NCBI GenBank assembly: GCA_965223415.1 | Contig: OZ245002.1 | Location: forward strand, 5,472,001-5,536,000 | DNA from: Myxococcota bacterium | GTDB lineage: Bacteria > Myxococcota_A > UBA9160 > UBA6930 | Direction of reading: 5' to 3' | DNA: 64,000 bases | Notes under the pieces: generated by a model | The model's input: only the letters and a program-made list of their open reading frames with translations | Told to the model about the DNA's origin: nothing | Database searches by the model: none | Shown here: piece after piece, positions 18,861 through 30,200 of the stretch | Layout of the letters: every line of letters begins with the position of its first letter | Position numbering within the stretch: position 1 is the first letter of the stretch | Program-made: the position numbers and the translations under genes

Positions 18861-20321
18861 ATGACCGGCCAGGCAAGACGCGACCCGCGAGTCGCCATCG
18901 TAGGCGCCGGGCCGGGCGGACTCTGCACGGGCGTCTTGCTGAAGCGGGCCGGCTTCGAGGACTTCGTGATCCTCGAGAAGAACGCCGGGGTCGGCGGCAC
19001 CTGGTACCGCAACCGCTATCCGGGCCTCACCTGCGACATCGCGGCGCCGCTCTACTCCTTCTCCTTCGAGCTGAACCCGGAGTGGTCCGGGCCCTACCCG
19101 CCCCAGCCGGAGCTGCTCGCCTACTTCGAGCACACCGCCCGGAAGTACGACCTGCTTTCCCATTGCCGGTTCGAGGTCGCGGTGGAGAGCGCGGTGTGGA
19201 GCGACGAGGAGGCGCGCTGGACCCTGGGGCTCGATTCCGGCGAGACGCTCGAGGCTGACGCGGTGGTGAGTGCTGTGGGCATGTTCGGGGCCCTCAACCT
19301 CCCGGAGATCGAGGGCCTCGATTCCTTCCGCGGCACCTGCTTCCACTCCGCGGCGTGGGACCACGAGCACGACCTGCGCGGCGAGGCCGTCGGTGTGATC
19401 GGCAGCGCGGCCAGCGCCGTCCAGTTCGTGCCCGAGATCGTGAAGCGGGCGGAGCGGGTCCACCTCTTCCAGCGGAGCGCCAACTGGGTCCTTCCCAAGG
19501 GCGACGAGCCCTACACCGAGGAGCAGCGCGAGCGCTTCCGCAGCGACCCGGCGGCGGTCCAGACGGCCCGGGACGAGGTCTGGAACACCCTCGATCCGGG
19601 GGGAGCCGGCGCGTTCACGTCGATCCACGCCCAGATGGCGGAGGTGTGCCTCGGCCACATGGCCGTGGTCGAGGATCCGGAGATCCGGCGCAAGCTCGTG
19701 CCGGACCATCCGTGGGGCTGCAAGCGGCCCCTGCTCTCGAACCACTACTACCCGGCCTTCAACCGGCCCAACCTGGAGCTGGTGACCGAGGGCATCGAGC
19801 GGATCACACCGACGTCGGTCGTCACCGTGGACGGCAAGGACCGCCCGATCGACACGCTGGTGCTGGCGACCGGCTACGAGACCACGAAGTTCGCCTCGGT
19901 CATCGACTTCGTGGGCCGCGGCGGGCTCCCGCTCTCGGAGGCCTGGAACGACGGCGCCCAGGCCTACAAGGGCGTCATGACCTCGGGCTTTCCCAACCTC
20001 TTCATGCTCTACGGCCCCAACACCAACGGCGACTCGCTCATCACCACCATCGAGTTCGAGGCCGAGTACGCGGTGCGCCAGATCCGTCGCCTGGTGGAAG
20101 AGGACCTGGCCTGGGTCGACGTGCGGCCGGAGGCCATGGCCATCTACAACGAGAAGCTCCAGAAGGACATCGCCGCGGTCGAGCCCTGGCAGGCGGGCTG
20201 CACCGACTACTACCGCTCCCCGAGCGGCCGCATCGTGACCCAGTGGCCGGGCCGCATGAGCGAGCTGCGGGGGCTGCTGGAGACCCCGGACCCGGGCGAC
20301 TACGAGACCGCCCCGCGCTGA
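18861..20321 (+). CDS. Baeyer-Villiger-type flavin monooxygenase
   Basis: GAGPGG, GGTWYRNRYPG, FRGTCFHSAAWD fingerprint, ATGY. Confidence 0.9.
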   Translation: MTGQARRDPRVAIVGAGPGGLCTGVLLKRAGFEDFVILEKNAGVGGTWYRNRYPGLTCDIAAPLYSFSFELNPEWSGPYPPQPELLAYFEHTARKYDLLSHCRFEVAVESAVWSDEEARWTLGLDSGETLEADAVVSAVGMFGALNLPEIEGLDSFRGTCFHSAAWDHEHDLRGEAVGVIGSAASAVQFVPEIVKRAERVHLFQRSANWVLPKGDEPYTEEQRERFRSDPAAVQTARDEVWNTLDPGGAGAFTSIHAQMAEVCLGHMAVVEDPEIRRKLVPDHPWGCKRPLLSNHYYPAFNRPNLELVTEGIERITPTSVVTVDGKDRPIDTLVLATGYETTKFASVIDFVGRGGLPLSEAWNDGAQAYKGVMTSGFPNLFMLYGPNTNGDSLITTIEFEAEYAVRQIRRLVEEDLAWVDVRPEAMAIYNEKLQKDIAAVEPWQAGCTDYYRSPSGRIVTQWPGRMSELRGLLETPDPGDYETAPR

Positions 20322-20950
20322 GGGGCGCCCTCTCCCTTCCGGGCCACGAGGAAGACGGCCTTGCTCCTGCCCGGCTGCCAGCGGTAGGCGATCTCGAAGC
20401 CGGTGTCCGTCAGGCTCGCCTCGAGCTCGTCCGCGCTGAACACCTTCACCAGCGGCATCCTCCCGAGCAGCCGCCCGATCGGCAGGACGAGCTTCATGAA
20501 CTTCATCGAGGCGCCGAGGCAAACGGTGCTGGTCACGAACACGCCGCCGGGCGCGAGCCAGCGGTGGACGCGGGCGATAGCGGCGTCCCGGTCCTCGAGA
20601 AGGTGCAGGATGCTGAGGCCCAGCACGGCGCCGAGCGACCCGTCGGCCACTTCCAGCTCGTCGACGGAGGACACCTCGAAGGTGACGTTCGTGACGCTCT
20701 CCGACTCGGCCTTTCGCCGAGCGATCTCGATCATCTTCGGCGACAGGTCGATCGCCCGGATGTGCGCGACATGGGGGGCGTGCAGGAGGGCGGTCGACCC
20801 GGTGCCACAGCCCAGCTCCAGCACCTCCATGTCCGGCCGGAGGTACTCGCGGGTCTTGGCGAGCTTCTTCTGGTAGGCCGCCTCGTCGGCGATGGGCTGC
20901 TTCGAATAGCGTTCTGCGATCCGGTCCCAGAACGCCCGATCGCTGGGCAT
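20300..20950 (-). CDS. Class I SAM-dependent methyltransferase
   Basis: VLELGCGTG, IDLSPKMI, LAPGG. Confidence 0.85.
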   Translation of the reverse strand: MPSDRAFWDRIAERYSKQPIADEAAYQKKLAKTREYLRPDMEVLELGCGTGSTALLHAPHVAHIRAIDLSPKMIEIARRKAESESVTNVTFEVSSVDELEVADGSLGAVLGLSILHLLEDRDAAIARVHRWLAPGGVFVTSTVCLGASMKFMKLVLPIGRLLGRMPLVKVFSADELEASLTDTGFEIAYRWQPGRSKAVFLVARKGEGAPQRGAVS

Positions 20951-21026
20951 CGGGAGAGCCTAGGAGATCCGGGTGCGACGCGACGCGGAGCCGCGTACCC
21001 TCCGCCCCCCGACGAGGAGAACGCTC

Positions 21027-21896
21027 ATGAGATTCGGCCTCGCCTTCGCGAGCAGTGTGGGAACCGATCCGGACTCGGCGCTCGAGGTGTGCCGGCGCGC
21101 CGAAGCGCTGGGCTTCGACTCGGTGTGGGGCGGAGAGCACGTGATCCGGCCGGACGCGATCGCCTCGTCCTATCCCTACACCGAGGACGGCGAGATGCCG
21201 GGCGACGCGGAGACGCCGATCCCGGACCCGCTGATCTGGCTCGCCTACGTGGCCGCGGCCGCGCCCACGGTCAAGCTCGGGACGTGCATCCTGATCGTCC
21301 CCCAGCGCAACCCGGTGGTGCTCGCGAAGGAGCTGGCGACCCTCGACCACCTCTCCGGCGGCCGGGTCCAGCTGGGCATCGGCGTCGGCTGGCTCGAGGA
21401 GGAGTTCCAGGCCCTCGGCGTGCCGTGGGAGCGGCGGGGCGCGCGGAACGACGAGTACGTCGCGGCCATGCGCGCGCTCTGGGCCGGCCCCCACGCGGAG
21501 TTCCACGGCGAGTTCGTCGACTTCCCGAGGGTCACCTGCAGCCCGCGGCCGGTGAACGGCTCGATCCCGATCCTGGTCGGCGGCGATTCGGCCGCGGCGA
21601 TCCGACGCGCCGCCCGCCTCGCGGACGGCTACTTCCCGGGCACCGGCGATCCCCAGGTGCTCGCCGGCCTGATCGAGCGGCTCGGCGAGGCGGCTGAGGC
21701 CGAGGGACGGAGCCGTGACGAGATCGCCGTCAACGCGATCTTCGGCGCCCAGATGGCCGATCCGCGGCCCGGGGCGGAGCAGATGGCGGAGCTCGGCATC
21801 TCGCGGGCGATGGTGCCGGCCTTCTTCTTTGCGGGTCCTGGCGGCCTGGATCGCCTGCAGGAGTTCGGCGAGGACGTGGTGAAGCCCCTCGCCTAG
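21027..21896 (+). CDS. LLM-class (probably F420-dependent) oxidoreductase
   Basis: GFDSVWGGEH, QRNPVVLAKELATLDHLSGGR; GAGGAG SD. Confidence 0.85.
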   Translation: MRFGLAFASSVGTDPDSALEVCRRAEALGFDSVWGGEHVIRPDAIASSYPYTEDGEMPGDAETPIPDPLIWLAYVAAAAPTVKLGTCILIVPQRNPVVLAKELATLDHLSGGRVQLGIGVGWLEEEFQALGVPWERRGARNDEYVAAMRALWAGPHAEFHGEFVDFPRVTCSPRPVNGSIPILVGGDSAAAIRRAARLADGYFPGTGDPQVLAGLIERLGEAAEAEGRSRDEIAVNAIFGAQMADPRPGAEQMAELGISRAMVPAFFFAGPGGLDRLQEFGEDVVKPLA

Positions 21897-22017
21897 CTCG
21901 GCCCGCCGCTCGCCGGCTCCACGACTTCCACAGCCTTCGTTCACCGCTCTCCGCGGCGCCCGACCGAACATCTGGGCCTTCGCCCGCACCGGGCCCGGCG
22001 GGCACCCAGGCGTCCGG

Positions 22018-22605
22018 CTACGAAGCGCTGTCGTCCCCCGCGTAGGCCGGCCGCGCTTCGATGCGCTTCACGTAGGCCGCCACCTTCGGCGAAGCCTGGA
22101 GCATCCCGAAGCCGGTGAAGAAGGCGAGCGCCCCGCCGAACACCACGTCGGCGGCGGTGAAGTCGCCGAGGGCCCAGCCGCTCTCGGGGGTCATCGCCTC
22201 GATGGTGTCGCTCACCCGGGGCAGATCGCCGAAGCCCATGCTGAAGGCGTTGACATCCTCGATGCCGAGGCTGCGCACCGAGAGCAGCGGTTCCACGGTG
22301 ACGTGGGGAAAGAACAGGTACCGGTAGTAGGGGCCCCGCAGCGGCGAATCGAACGGCGGCGCGAGCCCCTTCTCGGGGAAGCGGTCGGCCAGGTAGGCGC
22401 AGATCGCCGGCGTCTCGGTGACCACCGCGTCTCCGTCGACGAGCACCGGCAGCTTGCCCATCGGGTTGAGGGCGCGGAAGGCCGGCTCGTTCTGGGCGCC
22501 GGCGTGGATGTCGACGTCGACCACCTCGTGGGGAACGTCGAGCTCCCGGAGCATCCACGCAGTCGTCTCCGCGCGGGTCCGCGGGTGGAAGTAGTGCTTC
22601 AGCAT
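22018..22605 (-). CDS. Glutathione S-transferase family
   Basis: LNPMGKLPVL, ETPAICAYLAD, FTAADV. Confidence 0.88.
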   Translation of the reverse strand: MLKHYFHPRTRAETTAWMLRELDVPHEVVDVDIHAGAQNEPAFRALNPMGKLPVLVDGDAVVTETPAICAYLADRFPEKGLAPPFDSPLRGPYYRYLFFPHVTVEPLLSVRSLGIEDVNAFSMGFGDLPRVSDTIEAMTPESGWALGDFTAADVVFGGALAFFTGFGMLQASPKVAAYVKRIEARPAYAGDDSAS

Positions 22606-22697
22606 GGCCGAGCCCTCCTCGCTCCCCCGGCGCCCAAGCCTAGCGGGCAGGGCCGAGGCGATTCGAGGTAGCCTGGAGCCTGCTGACAGGAGATGCC

Positions 22698-23972
22698 ATG
22701 AGCGCGAACGCCACGAGCCCGCCGCCCTCCAAGGGCCAGGCCGGCGCGGACCCCTACGCGATCCCCCTCGAGCGCATCGACGTCTCCGACGCCGAGCTCT
22801 TCGAGACCGATACCCACTGGGGCTACTTCGAGCGCCTGAGGAAGGAAGACCCGGTCCACTTCTGCGCCGAGAGCGAGTCCGGCCCCTACTGGTCGGTGAC
22901 GCGCTTCGCCGACATCGTGGCGGTGGAGAAGGATCCGAAGACCTTCTCGTCCGAGCCCACGATCGTGATCGACGACCCGGAGCCGGACTTCCCCCTCGAG
23001 CCGGGCTTCATTTCCATGGACGGGGCGAAGCACGTCGCCCACCGCAAGACGGTCCAGCCGGTGGCGGCGCCGCGCAACCTGGCGACCCTGGAGCCCCTGA
23101 TCCGGGAGCGGGCGGTCGACATCCTCGAGAGCCTGCCGGTCGGCGAGACCTTCGACTGGGTCGACCGGGTCTCGATCGAGCTCACGACGGGCATGCTCGC
23201 CACCCTCTTCGACTTTCCCTGGGAGGAGCGTCGCAAGCTCACCTTCTGGTCGGACATGGCCACGGCCAGCGAGGAGCAGATCGCCGCCCAGGGCTACACC
23301 GAGGACGAGCGCCGGGGCGCCATGCTGGAGTGCCTCGACTACTTCACCCGGCTCTGGAAGGAGCGGGAGGTTCGCCCCGAGGGCGACCGCCTGGACTTCG
23401 TGACCGCCCTGGCCCAGGGCGCCGCCACCCGGAACATGGAGCCGATGGAGTACCTGGGGACGCTGGTGCTGCTCATCGTCGGCGGCAACGATACGACGAG
23501 GAACTCGATCTCCGGCGGCGTCGTGGCCCTGAACGAGAACCCGGCGGAGTACGAGAAGCTTCGCGCCGATCCGGGCCTCATCCCCAACATGGTGAACGAG
23601 ATCATCCGCTGGCAGACGCCCCTCGCCCACATGCGTCGCACGGCCACCCGAGACACCGAGCTGGCCGGCAAACGCATCCGCAAGGGCGACAAGCTGGTCC
23701 TCTGGTACGTCTCGGCGAACCGCGACAGCTCGGTGATCGAGCGGGCCGACGAGTTCCTGATCGATCGCCCGGACTCGAAGCAGCACCTCTCCTTCGGCTG
23801 GGGCGTGCACTTCTGCATGGGAAGCCGCCTGGCGGAGATGCAGCTGCGCGTGCTCTGGGAGGAGACCCTCGAGCGCTTCCGCTTCGTCGAGGTGGTAGGC
23901 GAGCCGATCCGCGTGCCGTCGAACTTCGTCAAGGGCTATTCGGAGCTCCCGGTCCGCGTCCATCCCTGGTAG
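22698..23972 (+). CDS. Cytochrome P450 (CYP153-like)
   Basis: LIVGGNDTTRNS I-helix, EIIRWQTP, FGWGVHFCMG haem motif. Confidence 0.9.
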   Translation: MSANATSPPPSKGQAGADPYAIPLERIDVSDAELFETDTHWGYFERLRKEDPVHFCAESESGPYWSVTRFADIVAVEKDPKTFSSEPTIVIDDPEPDFPLEPGFISMDGAKHVAHRKTVQPVAAPRNLATLEPLIRERAVDILESLPVGETFDWVDRVSIELTTGMLATLFDFPWEERRKLTFWSDMATASEEQIAAQGYTEDERRGAMLECLDYFTRLWKEREVRPEGDRLDFVTALAQGAATRNMEPMEYLGTLVLLIVGGNDTTRNSISGGVVALNENPAEYEKLRADPGLIPNMVNEIIRWQTPLAHMRRTATRDTELAGKRIRKGDKLVLWYVSANRDSSVIERADEFLIDRPDSKQHLSFGWGVHFCMGSRLAEMQLRVLWEETLERFRFVEVVGEPIRVPSNFVKGYSELPVRVHPW

Positions 23973-24030
23973 GGCGCCCTCGGCGCCCCGGCGAAAGCGC
24001 TACCGTGCGGCACCCCGATCGAGGAGAACG

Positions 24031-24831
24031 ATGACCGACGAGCCCCGCGTGGTGCAGGCGCTGGACGAGGAGGGCGTGCTGGCGCTCACCCTCAACCGGC
24101 CGCGCCGCAAGAACGCCTTCGACGAGCCCCAGTGGGACGCGCTGGCGGATGCCCTCGACCAGGCCCGGCAGGATCCGCAGGTGGCCGTCGCCGTGCTCAC
24201 CGGGGCCGGCGGGAACTTCTCCTCCGGGGTCGACCTGAACTCCTTCGCCGGCGAGCGCCCGCCGCCGCGGGCCGACGGCAAGCCAAGCGCGTTCTTCGCC
24301 TGCGTCGATGCGGTCTTCGCCTTCGACAAGCCGCTCCTGGCGGCGGTGCAAGGCGTGGCGGTCGGGGGCGGCTGCACCCTGGCCATCGCGGCGGACATCA
24401 CCTACGTGGGCGAGAGCGTTCGCATGCGGCTGCCCTTCGCGAACCTGGGGCTCGTGCCCGAGATCGCCAGCAGCTACACGCTCCAGTCGACCATCGGGCG
24501 CCAGCGGGCCAACGAGCTGATGTTCACGACCGAGTGGATCGACGCCCCCCGCGCCCTGGAGATGGGAATGGCCGCCCGCTGCCTGCCGGACGAGGAGCTG
24601 CTCCCGGCGACCCTGGCCAAGGCCCGGGAGATCGCCCAGTGGCCGGTCTCGGCCCTGGTCGGCATCAAGCGGACGCTCCAGGTGGCCCACCGCGCGGGCA
24701 TCGCAGCGGCCCGCGAGATCGAGGACGCGGAGATGATGCGACTGGCAGGCTCGCCGGAAAACGTCGAAGCGGTGACCGCCTTCCTCCAGAAACGCGCGCC
24801 GGACTTCAAGCAGTTCCGCAGGAAGCCATGA
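24031..24831 (+). CDS. Enoyl-CoA hydratase/isomerase family
   Basis: LNRPRRKNA, FSSGVDL, GVAVGGG, LGLVPE. Confidence 0.88.
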   Translation: MTDEPRVVQALDEEGVLALTLNRPRRKNAFDEPQWDALADALDQARQDPQVAVAVLTGAGGNFSSGVDLNSFAGERPPPRADGKPSAFFACVDAVFAFDKPLLAAVQGVAVGGGCTLAIAADITYVGESVRMRLPFANLGLVPEIASSYTLQSTIGRQRANELMFTTEWIDAPRALEMGMAARCLPDEELLPATLAKAREIAQWPVSALVGIKRTLQVAHRAGIAAAREIEDAEMMRLAGSPENVEAVTAFLQKRAPDFKQFRRKP

Positions 24832-26255
24832 CCGCGCCCCCGCTCCGCAAGGCGAAGATCGTGGCGACGATCGGGCCCGCGTGCGACGACGTGGACGTCC
24901 TGGTGCAGATGATCGAGGCGGGCATGAACGTGGCCCGGCTCAACATGTCCCACGAGGACCACGAGAGCCATCTGCGCCGGCTGGAGCGCGTCCGCGACGC
25001 CAGCGCGCGGGTGGGCGTGATGGTCGCCAGTATGATGGACACGAAGGGCGCGGAGATCCGCACCGGAACCGCCATCGAAGGCACCCGGCTCGAGACCGGC
25101 TCCGCGTTCCGTCTCTTCGCCGCCGACACGCTGGGCGACGCCTCGGGCGTCTCCGTGTCCTACCCGGCCCTGGTCACGCGGCTCGAGCCCGGCACCCGGG
25201 TGCTGATCGACGACGGCCATCTGGAGCTGGAGGTCGAGGAGGTCGGACCCGGGGAGCTCGTGTGCCGGGTGGTCCGGGGCGGCCCCCTCGACAGCCACAA
25301 GGGCGTGAACGTGCCCTCGGTCTCCCTGCTGCTCGACGGACTGAACGACGCGAACCGCGCCGACCTGCGCTTCGCCGTGTCGGCCGGCATCGACTACGTC
25401 GCCGCGTCGTTCATGCAGAGCCCGGCCGACGTCATGGCCATCCGCGGTTTCCTCGAGCTCCACGGCGGTGCCCACATCCCGATCATCGCGAAGATCGAGA
25501 GCACCCACGGGCTCGAGAACCTGGACGCGATCATCGAGGTGGCCGACGGCACGATGGTGGCCCGCGGCGATCTCGGCGTGGAGATCAGCGCCGCCCACGT
25601 GCCGGCGGCCCAGAAGCGCATCATCCGCCGCACGGTCTTCGCCGGAAAGCCGGTGATCACGGCGACCCAGATGCTCGATTCGATGGAGCGGAACCCGGAG
25701 CCCACCCGGGCCGAGGCCAGCGACGTGGTGAACGCGGTGCTCGACGGCACCTCGGCGGTGATGCTCTCCGGCGAGACGGCCCGCGGCGGCTACCCGGTGG
25801 AGGCCGTGCGCACGATGGCGGAGCTCGCCTCGGTCGCCGAGGCCTCCCTGCGCGAGTACGGCTTCCTCCAGCAGATCGCGGCCCATCCCACCGCGCGAGT
25901 CACCGACGCGGTGAGCCGTGCGGCCAGCGAGATGGCCAACCACCTGAACGCCCGCGCGATCCTGACGCTCACCGAGAGCGGCTTCACCTCCCGCCAGATC
26001 TCCAAGTACCGACCGCGCTGCCCGATCCTGGCGGCGACGCGTTCGCCGGAGGTGGCGCGACGGCTGGCCCTCAACTGGGGCGTCACCGCCTGGCTCGCCG
26101 AGGGCGCGGTCTCGGACGAGGACAAGCTCGACGCCGCCCTGCGCTGGGCCCGTGGCCGCGGCTACGTGGAGGCGGGCGACACCGTGGTCGTGACGGCCGG
26201 CATCTCGAGCGAGGCTGGCAGCACGAGCATGATCCGGGTCGTCACGGCCCCCTGA
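24828..26255 (+). CDS. pyk: Pyruvate kinase
   Basis: KIVATIGPA, ARLNMSH, IAKIE, MVARGDLGVE, TATQMLDSM, PTRAE, MLSGET. Confidence 0.95.
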   Translation: MTAPPLRKAKIVATIGPACDDVDVLVQMIEAGMNVARLNMSHEDHESHLRRLERVRDASARVGVMVASMMDTKGAEIRTGTAIEGTRLETGSAFRLFAADTLGDASGVSVSYPALVTRLEPGTRVLIDDGHLELEVEEVGPGELVCRVVRGGPLDSHKGVNVPSVSLLLDGLNDANRADLRFAVSAGIDYVAASFMQSPADVMAIRGFLELHGGAHIPIIAKIESTHGLENLDAIIEVADGTMVARGDLGVEISAAHVPAAQKRIIRRTVFAGKPVITATQMLDSMERNPEPTRAEASDVVNAVLDGTSAVMLSGETARGGYPVEAVRTMAELASVAEASLREYGFLQQIAAHPTARVTDAVSRAASEMANHLNARAILTLTESGFTSRQISKYRPRCPILAATRSPEVARRLALNWGVTAWLAEGAVSDEDKLDAALRWARGRGYVEAGDTVVVTAGISSEAGSTSMIRVVTAP

Positions 26256-26264
26256 CGCGCGGCC

Positions 26265-27056
26265 CTACTCGGCCTCGTCGCCGCCGTCGCCGAGGAGCCC
26301 CTCGAGCACCTTCTTCGCCGCGTCCGCGGCGGCGGGGCGATCCTCGAGCTTCTCGTCGATCCAGGCGTCCGCGGCACCGCGGGCACGGGCTCGGGCCACG
26401 GCCCCGGCGGCCCGGCCGAGGAGCTCTTCCAGCACGGCCTTGCCCAGCTCGGCGGGCGTGGCACCGCCCGGCCCGCCGACCCCCGTCATCGTGAAGCTCG
26501 GCAGGACGAACTCGCGGGCCGGCGCGTCCTCGTCGTGGGCCTCGAGGCGGATCGCGCCTTCGGCGAGCTCGAAGCGCTCCAGGCGCAGACGCAGGGGCTC
26601 GCCATCCGGCGTCGCGGCGCCCCCGGGCTGGGCGACCTCGGCGGCGGAGCGCGCGGCGACGCGCCGGCGCAGCACGTCGAGGTTGAGCTTCCCGTCGGCC
26701 ACCTCGGCGTTGATCTCCGGCCGGGCGGCGCGCAGGTGCTCGAGCACGATCGGCGAGCCGGTGAGCGAGCCGAGCCGCAGCTGCAGCGTCAGCTCCTGGA
26801 GCGCGAGGGCCGGTGCGCTCCCGAAGGCCAGCCCTTCCCCGGACGGGTTCGCGACGCGCAGCCCCCGGACCGTGCCAGCGCCCTCGGCCAGGTCGATCGA
26901 GACGCCGCCCACCATGACCGGGGCCCCGAGCAGATCGCTCCCGACTTGCTCGATGGCGGTCTCGACGAGCCCGTCGAGGGAGGACCGCAGCCACAAGAGG
27001 GCGGCCAGGACCAGCACGAGGACGGCGACCAGGGCCACCCCGAAAGCGCGTTGCAT
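26265..27056 (-). CDS. AsmA/DUF748-like membrane-anchored protein
   Basis: N-terminal TM, GTVRGLRVANP, beta-rich pattern. Confidence 0.55.
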   Translation of the reverse strand: MQRAFGVALVAVLVLVLAALLWLRSSLDGLVETAIEQVGSDLLGAPVMVGGVSIDLAEGAGTVRGLRVANPSGEGLAFGSAPALALQELTLQLRLGSLTGSPIVLEHLRAARPEINAEVADGKLNLDVLRRRVAARSAAEVAQPGGAATPDGEPLRLRLERFELAEGAIRLEAHDEDAPAREFVLPSFTMTGVGGPGGATPAELGKAVLEELLGRAAGAVARARARGAADAWIDEKLEDRPAAADAAKKVLEGLLGDGGDEAE

Positions 27057-27104
27057 TCCCCGAGGCTAGGTCACTGGGGGAAGTTTCCCACCCGGGGTCG
27101 CGCT

Positions 27105-27120
27105 GGGCACGAATCCTGCG
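27105..27120 (+). promoter_or_regulatory. Candidate sigma-54 promoter GGGCACG-AATC-CTGCG
   Basis: -24/-12 spacing; upstream of the 27238 gene. Confidence 0.55.
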
Positions 27121-27237
27121 AACATGGACGATTGGATCGAGGAGGGACCCAGGAGGACGCCGATTGGCGCACTCCGCCCCGGCGCGCTGGGGCGACATGG
27201 TTCACGGGTTCCCTTCCCGACCCGAGGAGGGGTCGAG

Positions 27238-30200
27238 ATGCTGGTTTGCCGTGCCGTGCCTGCGTGGCTGTGGGGATTCATCGCGGCGGGGCTCGCCCTG
27301 CCCTCGCCGGCCGCGGCCATCGACCTGTGGGACGGACGCGTCGAGATCCACGGCGCCTTCGAGATGCAGCTGCGCACGATGGCGCGCGATCTCGACATGT
27401 CCGACGACATCGACCTCACCCAGTGGTACAACATCATCAACCTGGAGATCGAAGCGGATCTGGCGCCGGACGGCTGGGGCCCCTTCGACCTCATCTCGGG
27501 CTTTGCACGCATCGAGGGGCGCTACGACTGCGTGTGGCGGCGCGGCTGCGGCCTCTTCCCGAACGTCGACGTGTACGGCGACCGGCCCGGGCGCCAGCCG
27601 AAGCGCCTCGCGGATGGCCGCCGGGCGGGCTTCCGCTCGACGGGCCAGCTCTTCAACGGCGACACGCGCTTCTTCCGCGACATCCCCCGAGAGTTCCTGC
27701 CCTACCGCTTCCGGGACCGCGATCGCGGCTCCCGGGTCGTCTCGCCCTTCTTCAACATCCAGGGCATCGACACCCTCTTCGACTCCCCCGGTGCTGACGG
27801 CGTCTTCGGAACCGAGGACGACCCGGCGCCCTTCTACTTCGCCGAGATCCTCGCCGACGACTGCGACTTCAACTTCCGCAAGCGCCGCGGCAGCATGGAC
27901 GGCGTCGGGAGCCAGATCATGGGCCCCTGGCAGCCCGCGTGCACGATCCGGCCCCTCGGAAAGCTGGCGGACAAGCCCAACCCCTTCTCCCGGCTCGATC
28001 GCTCGCCCATCACCGGCCGAATCGGCGCGGGCGAGCTCCCCTACCGGCCCGCACCCGCCGTGGCTGCCGACCACTGGGCGCCGAAGGACGTGGCCCGCGG
28101 CGCCTACTACCCGAACGAGCGCCTCCAGCAGGCCCTGCGCGAGAGCCGCTTCGATGGCTTCGACCAGAACTTCACGGTGAACGAGCTGCAGTGGAACCAG
28201 GGCGCGAGCCAGCAGGACGAGAAGTGGCTGAAGGAGGCCTATCTCGACGTCGAGGCCGTCGACAGCCAGCTCTGGCTGCGGCTCGGCAAGCAGACCATCG
28301 TCTGGGGCAAGACCGAGCTCTTCCGCAACCAGGACCAGTGGAATCCCCAGGATCTGGCCCTCGCCTCCCTGCCCAGCCTGGAGGACTCGCGTATCGCCCT
28401 GTGGGCGGCGCGCGCCGTGTGGTCCTTCTGGAATGTGGGGCCCTTCGAGGACGTCCGCGCCGAGGCCGTCGTCCTGATGGACCAGTTCGAGCCTGCCGAT
28501 CTGGGCCGCTGCGGCGAGCCCTACGCGCCCAACCCGGTCTGCGACAAGACCCTGGGCCTGTTCATTCACGGCCTCACCGGCTTCGGGGTCGCCGGCGAGC
28601 GGCGCCCGCCGAACCCGTGGAACAGCTGGCACGGCGTGGAGTTCGGCGCCCGCCTCGAGTGGCGCTACGACCGCTTCTCCTTCGCGCTCACGGACTACTA
28701 CGGCTTCACCGACATGGCCTACCAGGAGACGCTCTTCCGCTATGCCCGGAACGTCGATCCCGGGAGCGGACGGCCCCGTCACACCATGACCGAAGGCCGC
28801 TGCCGGACCGGGCGCGAGGGCGCGTGCCTCGACTCGGACGAGGCGCTCACCCGCCACAGTGCCAACCAGCAGCTCTTCGCCATGATCTGCTCGACGAGCA
28901 TCGGCTTCAGCTCCCTCGACCTGAGCGCCTGCGGCCAGTCCGTGCTGAACAGCCTGGCGACCGTCGACAACGACAATCCCGCCACGCCGGGGGTCGTCGA
29001 GGTGGCACCCCTTCCGGTGGTCGGGGTGGTCGGCACGATCCTCTCGGGCCAGAACGCGGCGGGCATCTTCGGCCCGACCCACGGCAACCAGTTCCTGCCC
29101 ACCCTGGCCGGCTACACGCCGGCTACCGTCACGGCGATCGCCGCCAACGCGCCCTTCGCCCAGTCCTACTTCAACCTCACCACCTTCACGACCGATCCCA
29201 CCGTGCTCGTGCCCCTGGTGGCCGACCCGGCCGACGGCGGCCAGGCCTTCGTCAGCCAGTATCCGGCCTCGGTCCAGGCGGCTCTGATCGCCGGCGCCGT
29301 CCCGCCGCTCCAGTCCAACGCGTTCCTCTCGAACGGCCTCTCCCCGTTCCTGACCGACGAGCAGGAGGCCCTGCTGGGGTGCGGCCCGTTCTACGGGACG
29401 AACTGCGACATCGACGGCGTCGACCTGCTGAACGCCGAGGCCACCGCACTGTTCCAGTCCTTCCCCGGCATCGCCGGCACCTTCGGCACCGACTGGGACA
29501 CCACCGACCGAGGCCTCGCCCAGCCCGGCACCGTCGGATTCGATCACGGGCCGCTGTGCACCCGCTGGGACGGCAGCGAGGTCGTGATCCTGCCGGGCTG
29601 CCGGGCCCCCGGCGAGGACGGCTACAGCCGGCTCGTCGACGGCAGCACCGCCGGTCAGGTCCATCCCTTCGTCGGCCAGGCCTGGCGCAGCGAGATGTCC
29701 ATCGTCTCGTGGAACTTCCTGATGGGCCTGGTCGGTCTCTCCAGCGCCGACGATCCGGCCAACCCCACCGAGAGCGACTTCGCGCCGAACAACCCGTTCC
29801 GCAAGAACGGCTGCTCCTTCGCCAAGCCCCAGCTCTGCAGCGTGGTGCAGTCCTTCTTCCAGATCACCGGCGTGCAGCGCAACACCCGCCGGGCCGGCGG
29901 CAACCACCGCTTCGGCCGGCGCGACTTCGCATGGCACGGAGGGCGCGACATCGTCCTCCGCTACCAGAAGCGCAACATCCTGGGCTTCTCCCTGGACTTC
30001 GCGGAAGACGTGACGAAGTCGAACGTCGGCCTCGAGTTCACCTGGGAGAACGACGTCCACCTGGCCGACTTCGACCGCATCGACGGCCTCACCGAGGTCG
30101 ACCAGTTCAACCTCACCGTCTCCGTGGACCGGCCGACCTTCATCAACTTCCTGAACGCCAACCGCACCTTCTTCATCAACACCCAGTGGTTCTTCCGCTA

